DNA of 62,741 nt, the filler included. It is 3 parts of 3 records of this genome, joined end to end, with 100 filler letters (N's around TTAATTAATTAA, not from the genome) between each part and the next. Parts side by side here need not be neighbours in the genome. Positions count along the whole stretch, not along the records: positions 31,886 to 53,853 come from SRR20825019_484; 2 more parts are not named here. The stretch is one strand, 5' to 3'. How positions within the stretch are numbered: the first letter of the stretch is position 1; every line of letters begins with the position of its first letter. Positions 40,510 to 49,186 of the stretch are shown one piece after another. The notes under the pieces were generated by a model, which was not told the DNA's origin, did no database searches, and saw only the letters and a program-made list of their open reading frames with translations. The position numbers and the translations under genes were made by a program.

Positions 40510-42182
40510 GCGGTCTCCCGGTAAAGCGCAGCGAGCGCGGTATGGAAACGGCGGCAATCCTCTTCAAACACCTGTTCCGCAGGGATCAGGCTGAAATGAC
40601 GTTCCAGCGCGGCAAGAAATGCGCGCAGCTCTTCCCCGCAGGCCCGCATCAGCGGCTCACATGCCGTGGCGGCCTCCATGATTTCGGGCTCGCACACCCG
40701 CTCTTCCTCGAAACCGCGCCGGTTCACCTTGGCAAAAGCCAGACGGGAAGCCTTGAAAAGCCCGGCTTCCGGCATTGTCTCCGGATCACCATCAACAGCG
40801 CCCCGCAGCAAACGGCCAATCGCCCCGCCCGGGCGCAAGGGAATTACATTGTCAGCAAAGTCAGCTTCAGGCTCGTTGATCCTGTTTCGCAATGCCCGGG
40901 CGACCTCCGGGAAGAGATCGAAACCGATCTCGAAAGCTTCGGGCCGCGCATTCCGGAACAGGATAAACATCAGGGCTTGCCGGACTTTCCTGATCTGCCC
41001 CGTCAATTCCTGGAAATCGGCCGTTGCGGCGCTGTAATCCTCGACCGGTTTCTGATCGATCAGCGTATCGACGGAAGCACGCGGCCCCGCCGTCTGTCTT
41101 TTCCGGACGGCCTGGACGATCCGGGCCTGATGCGCACCGAAACATTCCGCCCTCAATATGGTCAAGGGCAAGATAGAGGCCGCATCACCCGCTTCCATCA
41201 TCAGCTCAAGCCGCGTGCCCTCACGTTTGTTGATGGCCTTCAACCGGTCGGCTGGTGGCAGGGCCAATTCCGCAAGCACGGACCGTCGGCCGTCGGTCAC
41301 TTCTAAAGCGCTGCAGATCTCCCCCGGATCGACCTCCCCGGCATCCCGGGATGAGCCGATCGGCGCCGCCGCATCGATGGCAAGCCGGTCGGCGGCCGCC
41401 TTCAGCGCCAGTCTCAGATGCAGAAAGTTGATCGCAACCGTCCGGAACCCCTTGAAGTCGCTTCCCGCGCGCCTGTCGGAGCAGCACTCCTCCCAGAAGG
41501 CGAGCACTGTGCGGTCATCGATTGCATCTGCACTGACCCGCCGCCCCGTTCTGTCCGCGATGAAGTTGCACATCGCGTTGAATTTCCGTTCATACTGCTG
41601 CGACGGCAGATGGTCCTTCAGGAAATCATAGAGCCTCCGGGACAGCCCATTGGCAAAGGCCTGCATGTCTTCCCGGTCTTTCGGGCCGGACAGGAAAGCG
41701 GATATGTCATCATCCAGCTCGGCAAATCCGAGCGCGGTGACGCAGAAATCCAGCAGCGCCGCCAGAAAGGGCATGCGTCCGTAGCTCACCCTGAACACCG
41801 GCCCCGGATAGTTGATGATCAACTCATCCGCTCCCGCCTCGATCTCCCTTGGCGCTGTGCTGCGTCCCGCAGCCGAGAGAGCGGCGGCCCTGTAGGCACC
41901 AGGCGTCGCGGCCCGGACGCCCCAGAAGAAACCGACATAGCCGTGACGGCCGGAAAGCTGGTCCGCGGCCGCTATCAGATAAGCGAGTTCAAGAAGAGGC
42001 TTGCCATAAGCCCTGGCGGCGATGGTCTGAACCAGGGTGCGGCGGGTTCGCGCATCGTAACGCCCGCCATCGTCACCAGACGCATCGAGCACGGCGGCAA
42101 GCGCCGCAGCCAGCTCGTTGCTGATCTCGGTCCTGAGACCAGATGCGCTGCCACCGAAATCCAAAATCGGCACCGGACCCAT
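40506..42182 (-). CDS. Hypothetical helical protein with degenerate sigma70-like motifs
   Basis: 558-aa ORF; motifs resembling sigma regions 2.4, 3, 3.2, 4.1 and 4.2 in the correct order (see findings). Confidence 0.55.
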   Translation of the reverse strand: MGPVPILDFGGSASGLRTEISNELAAALAAVLDASGDDGGRYDARTRRTLVQTIAARAYGKPLLELAYLIAAADQLSGRHGYVGFFWGVRAATPGAYRAAALSAAGRSTAPREIEAGADELIINYPGPVFRVSYGRMPFLAALLDFCVTALGFAELDDDISAFLSGPKDREDMQAFANGLSRRLYDFLKDHLPSQQYERKFNAMCNFIADRTGRRVSADAIDDRTVLAFWEECCSDRRAGSDFKGFRTVAINFLHLRLALKAAADRLAIDAAAPIGSSRDAGEVDPGEICSALEVTDGRRSVLAELALPPADRLKAINKREGTRLELMMEAGDAASILPLTILRAECFGAHQARIVQAVRKRQTAGPRASVDTLIDQKPVEDYSAATADFQELTGQIRKVRQALMFILFRNARPEAFEIGFDLFPEVARALRNRINEPEADFADNVIPLRPGGAIGRLLRGAVDGDPETMPEAGLFKASRLAFAKVNRRGFEEERVCEPEIMEAATACEPLMRACGEELRAFLAALERHFSLIPAEQVFEEDCRRFHTALAALYRETA

Positions 42183-42284
42183 CCAATATGGTGAATATTG
42201 TTTTATTTATTCGTTTTTTGCGTGTTTATATTTGTCGATTTTTCCATTATCGGCAATAGCTTATCCTACGCAGAACAAGCCGCG

Positions 42285-43112
42285 TCAGGGCGCTGGGGCG
42301 ATCACAGTCAGACGGGTGCCGGCTCCATGATCAACGATCCGGGCTCCGGATAACCCGGTGCCAATGACGATCTTTCCCAAACGCTCATGGAACTCTGTTT
42401 CGGATGCCGGACTGCTATAGCGCAAGCCGATGCCTCCGCCCGCTTCCGGCAGCTTGATAACGACAGGCGTCAACGGCCCGCCCCCCTCGACCAAAAGGAT
42501 ATCGGCAAGTGTGAAAACCGCTTCCGGGGCTATTCCATCGAAAGCGATCTCGAACGCCGTAGTCTCTGCCTGCGGAGAGCCCTCCGGTGGAAGTCCCGCC
42601 GCTGCGACCGTATAGGGAAGAATGTGAAGCGCGCCTTTTTGCCGCTGCGCGTTCGTCGCTAACTGCCGAAAAAAAACGTCCGCTGAGACGGGAGCCGTTT
42701 CTGCAAGCACGGCTGGGAGACCCTCGGTCAGCAGAACGAAAATCGCCTCCCGGTCCTGACGCAGCCCGGTCCGCGCGGCGACAAACAGTCCGGGCGTACC
42801 GCCGATTCGGATAAGGTGTTTCTTACCTGCCGGAATCTGGAGCACAGGCCCGTCCCCGGCCTGCGCCATCCGGCCGGTAAAGCGGATGGGCTGGACCATT
42901 CCATCCGCCGTCCGGGCGTAAAACGCCGCGCGGCGCGTATACGGAGACGCGGCAATATGGACACGCGGCACGGCCCCGCCACGCAGGGCCGCCACATCAA
43001 GCCAGACCTCCGGCTCTGCCGCGCCGACATCCAGCGGCGCGACAAGGAAGAAGGAGAAAATCACGCCCGCAAGCAGGAGCGCGCGCACCGGATCAGCTCT
43101 TGCGCGCCGCAA
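42285..43112 (-). CDS. Secreted protein, DUF4384-like N-terminal domain
   Basis: Signal peptide; LQIP...IRIGG.PG...EAIFVLLT...FFRQL...LPYTV pattern; start overlaps the end of speB. Confidence 0.5.
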   Translation of the reverse strand: MRRARADPVRALLLAGVIFSFFLVAPLDVGAAEPEVWLDVAALRGGAVPRVHIAASPYTRRAAFYARTADGMVQPIRFTGRMAQAGDGPVLQIPAGKKHLIRIGGTPGLFVAARTGLRQDREAIFVLLTEGLPAVLAETAPVSADVFFRQLATNAQRQKGALHILPYTVAAAGLPPEGSPQAETTAFEIAFDGIAPEAVFTLADILLVEGGGPLTPVVIKLPEAGGGIGLRYSSPASETEFHERLGKIVIGTGLSGARIVDHGAGTRLTVIAPAP

Positions 43113-44049
43113 CGGCCTCGGCGAGGACGCAGAGGATCTCGAACATGATCGTGGCGCCCGTCAAAGCCGTGATCCCGCTCGGGTCGAACGGCGGCGAAAC
43201 CTCGACCACGTCCGCACCGATAAGGTTCGCCCCGCTCATCCCGCGCACAAGCAATTGCGCTTCCAGAGCAGTGAAACCGCCGATCTCCGGCGTCCCCGTA
43301 CCCGGCGCATAGGCCGGGTCGATGCCATCGATATCGAAGGTGAAATAGGTCGGCCCGTCGCCGATCACCCGGCGTGCCTCTGCGATGACGGCATCCAGCC
43401 CCATCTCATGCGCTTCATGGATCTGGATCACGCGCATGCCATGCTCGTAACTGAAGGCCCACTGATCCCGCGAATTGATGCCGCCGCGAATACCGATCTG
43501 CACGCAACGCTTGGGATCGAGCAGCCCCTCGTCCACCGCCCGTGAAAATGGTGCTCCATGATGAAAACGGGAGCCGAGATAATCGTCCCCGGTATCGCAA
43601 TGAGCATCGATCTGGATCAGCCCGACAGGCCGTTCGCGCGCCAGTTCCCGAAGGATCGGCAGGGAGATGGAATGATCCCCGCCGACGCTGAGCGGGACGG
43701 CTCCGGTCGTCGCCAGTTTCTTGTAATAATCCTCGATCTCCTGATGCGCGCCTTCAAGCTGAAAGGGCCGCTCGACCACCGCGTCCCCCACATCGCCAAT
43801 CGTGCACAGCTCATAGGGACAGACGCCGGTCGCCTGATTGATCGTGCGCATCAGGCTGCTTTGATTGCGCACCTCGCGCGGGCCGTGCCGGGCACCGGGA
43901 CGGTTTGTGACACCGCCATCATAGGGAACCCCGACCAGGGCTATGTCGAGCCCGGCCGCACTCTCGCGATACGGTGTGCGCATAAAGGTCGGAATACCGG
44001 TATAGCGCGGCAACCCCATCGCCTTGATTTCCTGTTCCGACATTGTCAT
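43093..44049 (-). CDS. speB: Agmatinase / ureohydrolase
   Basis: GGDHS, DAHCD, HG, TFDIDGIDP, APGTGTP and DVVEVSP motifs. Confidence 0.92.
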   Translation of the reverse strand: MTMSEQEIKAMGLPRYTGIPTFMRTPYRESAAGLDIALVGVPYDGGVTNRPGARHGPREVRNQSSLMRTINQATGVCPYELCTIGDVGDAVVERPFQLEGAHQEIEDYYKKLATTGAVPLSVGGDHSISLPILRELARERPVGLIQIDAHCDTGDDYLGSRFHHGAPFSRAVDEGLLDPKRCVQIGIRGGINSRDQWAFSYEHGMRVIQIHEAHEMGLDAVIAEARRVIGDGPTYFTFDIDGIDPAYAPGTGTPEIGGFTALEAQLLVRGMSGANLIGADVVEVSPPFDPSGITALTGATIMFEILCVLAEAVAARKS

Positions 44050-44170
44050 CGCCAGTCTCCCAGTTGCTTTCGTTCCAGTTTGCGATTGGGCCAGAGCGGA
44101 TTGCAAGTCTGGACCCTCACGGCAATTGGGCGCTACTGTCCGTCTCCCGCCGAGATATCAAGAGACCGAC

Positions 44171-45289
44171 ATGACACAATATTTTCCTGCCTCAAGCGAG
44201 TCTTGGGAACGCATCGATCCGCGCGATGCCGGCTTTGATGCCGACGGCCTGAAAGCCGCCAGCGACTTCGCCATCGCCAACGAATCCAAGATGGACCGCG
44301 ATATCCGCCGCGCCCTCGACAACGATCTGTTTGGTGAGCCGGAAGGGCTGCGCGACGTCATCGGCATCACCCGGCCACGCGCCGACCCGCATGGCATGAT
44401 CCTCAAAGGCGGCCGTATCGTTCACGAATGGGGCGACACCACCCGTCCGGACATCACTTTCAGCATCGCGAAAAGCTACCTCTCGATCTGCGCCGGCCTG
44501 GCGCTGGATGACGGCCTGATCCCCAGCTTCGACCGTCCGGTCGCCGAGCTGGTCGACGATGGCGGTTTCGACGATGCGCAAAACAAGCCGATCACCTGGG
44601 CGCAACTTTTGCAGCAGACCAGCGAGTGGCAGGGCACGCTGTGGAGCAAGCCCGACTGGATCGATCACAACCGCGATCTCGACGCCCAGGCAGGCGAAGG
44701 CACGCTCAAGGGCAAGACCCGCGACATGCAGACCCCAGGCACATTCTGGGAATATAACGATGTCCGCGTGAACCGGCTGGCCCTCGCCCTGCTCCGGGTC
44801 TGGAAGCGCCCGCTTCCCGAAGTTATCAAAGAACGGGTCATGGATCCGATCGGCGCATCCACCGACTGGGAATGGCACGGTTACGAGAATTCCTGGGTCG
44901 ATATAGACGGCAAGAAAATCCAGTCGGTCTCCGGCGGCTCACACTGGGGCGGCGGCATGTTCATCAGCTCCCGCGATCAGGCCCGGACCGGCCTGCTCAT
45001 GGCCCGTGGTGGCGCCTGGAACGGCAAACAGCTGATCTCCGGGAACTATATCGGCCAGGCGACCACTCCCTGCCCGATCAATGCGGATTACGGCTATCTC
45101 TGGTGGCTCAACGGCGCCGGCGGCTCCGCGCCTTCCGCACCGCGCACCAGCTATTTCGCCAAGGGCAAGGGCTCGAACGTCATCTGGGTCGATCCGGAAC
45201 TCGACATGGTCGCCGTGGTCCGCTGGATCGAACGCGACGCGTTTGACGGATTCTGCGGCGCCGTGATGAAGGCTGTCCGGGACTCGTAA
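44171..45289 (+). CDS. Serine hydrolase, beta-lactamase family (cytoplasmic)
   Basis: SIAK, YND, HWGGG and YGYLWW motifs. Confidence 0.88.
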   Translation: MTQYFPASSESWERIDPRDAGFDADGLKAASDFAIANESKMDRDIRRALDNDLFGEPEGLRDVIGITRPRADPHGMILKGGRIVHEWGDTTRPDITFSIAKSYLSICAGLALDDGLIPSFDRPVAELVDDGGFDDAQNKPITWAQLLQQTSEWQGTLWSKPDWIDHNRDLDAQAGEGTLKGKTRDMQTPGTFWEYNDVRVNRLALALLRVWKRPLPEVIKERVMDPIGASTDWEWHGYENSWVDIDGKKIQSVSGGSHWGGGMFISSRDQARTGLLMARGGAWNGKQLISGNYIGQATTPCPINADYGYLWWLNGAGGSAPSAPRTSYFAKGKGSNVIWVDPELDMVAVVRWIERDAFDGFCGAVMKAVRDS

Positions 45290-45386
45290 GAATTTATTAA
45301 TCTAAACTGGAGATTGTTGTGCATTCGGTTGGATGTCCAACTGAACCGACGGAATTCCACGAATACGGATGCCGGGGGTTCGAGGA

Positions 45387-46862
45387 ATGCGGGTCACTAT
45401 TTTCCATTACGCGATCCTGATTCTGGGATTGCTCGCGATTGCGGTGCCGGACGGCGCCGCAATCAGCGCGTCTTCCCTCACGAACCAGCACAGTCTGCCC
45501 GACGCCGCCACCGTGGCGGCAGCGACAGATGCTCCTGCCGCGGAGCCGTCCATGTTTCATGAGATGAGCCCGGCACTGATCTGGGGCGGGATAGCATTCA
45601 TCCTGTTCCAGAGCGTGCTGATCGCCTTGCTGATTTTCAGTCACATAAAGCGCCGCAAAGCCCGCAAGGCTCTCATGCAAAGTGAGAGGCGGTTCCGGGA
45701 TATTACCTCGATCTCGTCAGACTGGTTCTGGGAACTTGACGAAAACCACAGGCTGACCGGTTTGTCCGACCGGTACGAAAAAGTGACCCGGCAGGCCGTA
45801 TCATCCCAGCTCGGCACGACATATTTGCGGTTCGAAAAACTGAGCTGGAACGACGACCGGAGAGACGCGTGGAAAGAACATCGCGAGGCTATCAAAGCCC
45901 GCCGCTCTTTCCGTAATTTCGAATATGCCGCCCCCGGCGCGGATGGAGAGCGATGCTATCGGCGCATCAGCGGCACGCCTGTTTTCGAGAATGATGTCTT
46001 CAAGGGCTATCGGGGAACAGGCACCGACATCACAGAGGAGTTCGAGCGCCGGAACCAGTTGCTGCACATGATCTATGAGGCGGATCTGGCAAACCGGGCC
46101 AAGAGCGCGTTCCTCGCGAATATGAGCCATGAGCTTCGGACCCCGCTCAACGCGATCATCGGATTTTCGGAAATCATTACCGGACAATTGTTCGGCGAAT
46201 TGAAGAATGCGCGTTATCTCGATTATGCCAAGGACATCAACGATACCGGCAAGCATCTCCTGACTGTCCTGAACGACCTGCTCGACGTTTCCCGGATCGA
46301 GGCCGGCTTCCTGACGCTGGACGAAAACGTCATCGACCTGCGGCGGATGATGCGGTCATGCGCCCGAATGCTGGACGAGAAAATCTCCGACGCGAAACTC
46401 AGCCTGACGCTGCACACTCCGCCGGAGCTGCCCGCCCTCCTGGGCGATGAAACACGCCTTCGCCAGGTTGTTATCAACTTGCTGACAAATGCCGTGAAAT
46501 TCACCCCGCCCGGCGGAACAATCACGGCAAGCGCCGCGATTGTCGACAGCGGCGGTCTTGAGATCACGGTCGAGGATACCGGCGTCGGCATCTCCAAATC
46601 GGACATTGAGCGTGTCATGGAGCCGTTCCAGCAAGCCGAACAGGACTTGTCCCGACGCTATGGCGGCGTCGGCCTCGGCCTGTCCCTCGCCCGGACCCTG
46701 ACCGAACTGCATGATGGAACGATCAAGCTGGAAAGCGAACCCGGCGTCGGAACGCTGGTTCGCATCCACCTGCCGGCCAACCGCGTGCGTGCCTATCCGG
46801 TCCAGGACCTTGAACAAAAGCCCCTGGACCAGATCAAGCCTCTCAATCGCGTTTCCGGCTGA
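45387..46862 (+). CDS. PAS-domain sensor histidine kinase (PleC/DivJ-like kinase core)
   Basis: SDWFWE PAS motif, AKSAFLANMSHELRTPLNAIIGFSE, NAVKFT, DTGVG and GVGLGL. Confidence 0.92.
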   Translation: MRVTIFHYAILILGLLAIAVPDGAAISASSLTNQHSLPDAATVAAATDAPAAEPSMFHEMSPALIWGGIAFILFQSVLIALLIFSHIKRRKARKALMQSERRFRDITSISSDWFWELDENHRLTGLSDRYEKVTRQAVSSQLGTTYLRFEKLSWNDDRRDAWKEHREAIKARRSFRNFEYAAPGADGERCYRRISGTPVFENDVFKGYRGTGTDITEEFERRNQLLHMIYEADLANRAKSAFLANMSHELRTPLNAIIGFSEIITGQLFGELKNARYLDYAKDINDTGKHLLTVLNDLLDVSRIEAGFLTLDENVIDLRRMMRSCARMLDEKISDAKLSLTLHTPPELPALLGDETRLRQVVINLLTNAVKFTPPGGTITASAAIVDSGGLEITVEDTGVGISKSDIERVMEPFQQAEQDLSRRYGGVGLGLSLARTLTELHDGTIKLESEPGVGTLVRIHLPANRVRAYPVQDLEQKPLDQIKPLNRVSG

Positions 46863-46869
46863 AGTCCCT

Positions 46870-48273
46870 TCAGATCTCGACGATCTTGCCCGGATTCATG
46901 ATGTTGTTCGGATCAAGCGCCCGCTTGATCGAGCGCATCATCTCCAGCGCCGGGCCATGCTCTTCCTCAAGATAATGCATCTTGCCGTAGCCGACCCCGT
47001 GCTCGCCGGTGCAAGTGCCGTCCATTTCGAGCGCCCGATAGACCATCCGCTGGCTGTGCGCCTTGGCCCGGGCCATCTCCTCGGGATCGTCGGGATCGAT
47101 CACATAAACAAGGTGAAAATTACCGTCACCGACATGGCCGACCAGTGGCGCGCAGAGTCCTGACTCGACAATATCCTTCTTCGTCTCCCGGATGCATTCC
47201 GCCAGCCGCGAGACAGGAACGCAGACATCCGTCGGCCAGCCCTGTGAGCCGGGACGCAGTGCAAGCCCCGCATAGTAAGCATCGTGCCGTGCCTGCCAGA
47301 GAACGTTCCTGTCTTCGGTCCGGGTCGCCCATTCGAAGGAGCTGCCACCGAAATCTGCGGTGATCGCCTCAACCGTCTCGGCCTGTTCCTTCACCCCGGC
47401 TTCGCTGCCGTGGAATTCGAAGAAGATCGTCGGCTTGGCCTCGTATCCTTGAAGCTTCGAATAATCGATGCAGGCGCCCATCTGGACTTCATCCAGCAAC
47501 TCCATCCGGGCAACGGGAACACCGGCATGGATTGTTGTGATGACCGAATCGACCGCACCTTCGAGAGTCTCGAACTGGCAAACCGCCGACGAGATTGCTT
47601 CCGGGATACCGTACACCTTGAGCGTGATCTCGGTGATGATGCCGAGCGTGCCTTCGGAGCCGACGAAAAGACGCGTCAGGTCATATCCGGCGGAAGACTT
47701 CCGGGCCCGCCGCGATGTCCGGATGATTTCCCCACTCGGCGTGACGACGCGCAGCGACAGCACATTCTCCCGCATGGTGCCGTAGCGCACCGCATTTGTG
47801 CCGGAGGCGCGGGTCGCGGTCATGCCCCCGATCGAGGCATCGGCGCCCGGATCGATCGGAAAGAACAGCCCCGTATCGCGCAGATGCTCGTTCAACTGCT
47901 TCCGGGTCACGCCCGGCTGCACGGTGACATCCAGATCTTCGGCATGGACCGCAAGCACCCGGTTCATCAGTGAGGTGTCGATGGAGACACCTCCCCTGAG
48001 CGCGGCGACATGGCCTTCAAGCGAAGTGCCGGTGCCGAACGGGATGACCGGAAATTTCAGCCTGTTGCACACGATGACGGCGCGGGCGATCTCCTCTTCG
48101 CTTTCGGCGAAGACGACAGCGTCCGGCGCCATCGGCGCATGATAGCTCTCGTCCTTGCCATGCTGGTGACGCACGGCGGCGGCGGTGGTGAAACGGTCCC
48201 CGAATATCTGCTTCAGAGCATCGAGCGCTGCGTCACGAGTGGCGGCATCGACGGGTTTCGCCTCTACATCCAT
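46870..48273 (-). CDS. FAD-linked oxidase, D-lactate dehydrogenase-like
   Basis: GTGTSLEGH, DPGADASIGG, GSEGTLG, HVGDGNFH, GEHGVG and NPGK motifs. Confidence 0.92.
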   Translation of the reverse strand: MDVEAKPVDAATRDAALDALKQIFGDRFTTAAAVRHQHGKDESYHAPMAPDAVVFAESEEEIARAVIVCNRLKFPVIPFGTGTSLEGHVAALRGGVSIDTSLMNRVLAVHAEDLDVTVQPGVTRKQLNEHLRDTGLFFPIDPGADASIGGMTATRASGTNAVRYGTMRENVLSLRVVTPSGEIIRTSRRARKSSAGYDLTRLFVGSEGTLGIITEITLKVYGIPEAISSAVCQFETLEGAVDSVITTIHAGVPVARMELLDEVQMGACIDYSKLQGYEAKPTIFFEFHGSEAGVKEQAETVEAITADFGGSSFEWATRTEDRNVLWQARHDAYYAGLALRPGSQGWPTDVCVPVSRLAECIRETKKDIVESGLCAPLVGHVGDGNFHLVYVIDPDDPEEMARAKAHSQRMVYRALEMDGTCTGEHGVGYGKMHYLEEEHGPALEMMRSIKRALDPNNIMNPGKIVEI

Positions 48274-48449
48274 TTGGGGATCTCCGTTTAAAAAAGCTGG
48301 GCCGGTCAAACTACTCCCGGTCATCACCACCAGCAAGGGCCCCCGCAGTTATCCCTGCGGCCACACACCCTGTTGACGGCAGCCCCGGCAGCCGACATGT
48401 TCCGTCAAGATTCTACAAATGTTCCACTATGCGCGGCAGTGCTTGAAAC

Positions 48450-49184
48450 GTGAGTATCTGGGGTAAAATCATCGGCGGCGCTGCCGGTCTCGCTCTTGGC
48501 GGGCCGATCGGTGCGCTGCTCGGCGCGACCGCCGGCCACGCCGTGGACCGGTTCGCCAGTTCCGATACACCGAAGGATGAGGAAGCGGCGACCAAGAAAA
48601 TCGCCTTCACCATCGGGGTCGTCGTGCTCAGCGCCAAGATGGCGAAGGCCGATGGCGTGGTCACGCGTGACGAGATCGCCGCCTTCCGGGAAGTCTTTCG
48701 CATTCCCCCCGAAGAGGTTCGCAATGTCGGGCGGGTCTGGGATCTGGCCCGGCGCGATGTCGAGGGATTCGAGGTCTATGCACAGCAGATTGCCCGACTG
48801 TTCAATCCGGGCTCTCCCGTCCTTGAAGAGCTGTTGCTGAGCCTCTTCCATATAGCCAAGGCGGACGGTGTCATCCACCAGAACGAAATCGCTTATCTGG
48901 AGCGCGTCGCCGAAATCTTCGGTTTTGACGCTCTGGCTTTCCAGCGCATGCGTGCTGTCTCCGGCGACAAGGATGCGGAAGATCCCTACAGCGTACTGGG
49001 CATCGCCCATGACGCCGACGACGCTGAAGTCAAAAAGATCTATCGCACCCTGATCCGCGAGCATCACCCGGACCGGCTGATCGCCGAAGGTCTGCCGGAG
49101 GAATTCGTTGCCGCCGCGACGGCGAAGATGGCCGCGATCAACGCCGCTTATGACCGTATCGCCAAACAGCGTGGCATGAACTGA
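48450..49184 (+). CDS. djlA: DjlA-like co-chaperone (TerB-like + J domain)
   Basis: WGKIIGG anchor, KMAKADG, DPYSVLG and HHPD motifs. Confidence 0.88.
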   Translation: MSIWGKIIGGAAGLALGGPIGALLGATAGHAVDRFASSDTPKDEEAATKKIAFTIGVVVLSAKMAKADGVVTRDEIAAFREVFRIPPEEVRNVGRVWDLARRDVEGFEVYAQQIARLFNPGSPVLEELLLSLFHIAKADGVIHQNEIAYLERVAEIFGFDALAFQRMRAVSGDKDAEDPYSVLGIAHDADDAEVKKIYRTLIREHHPDRLIAEGLPEEFVAAATAKMAAINAAYDRIAKQRGMN

Positions 49185-49186
49185 GT

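Noticed and set aside
38828-42182. CRISPR-associated CalpL/T/S or CBASS locus proper
   Set aside because: No SAVED/CARF domain, cyclase, cas gene or repeat-spacer array is visible in the contig
40497-42194. Plus-strand ORFs 40497-41306 and 41418-42194
   Set aside because: Antisense shadows of the coupled minus-strand operon in GC-rich DNA; no motifs
48360-48450. TetR operator copy upstream of djlA
   Set aside because: Only TTGACGG...CCGTCAA with a long spacer; it lacks the GAACnGTTC core
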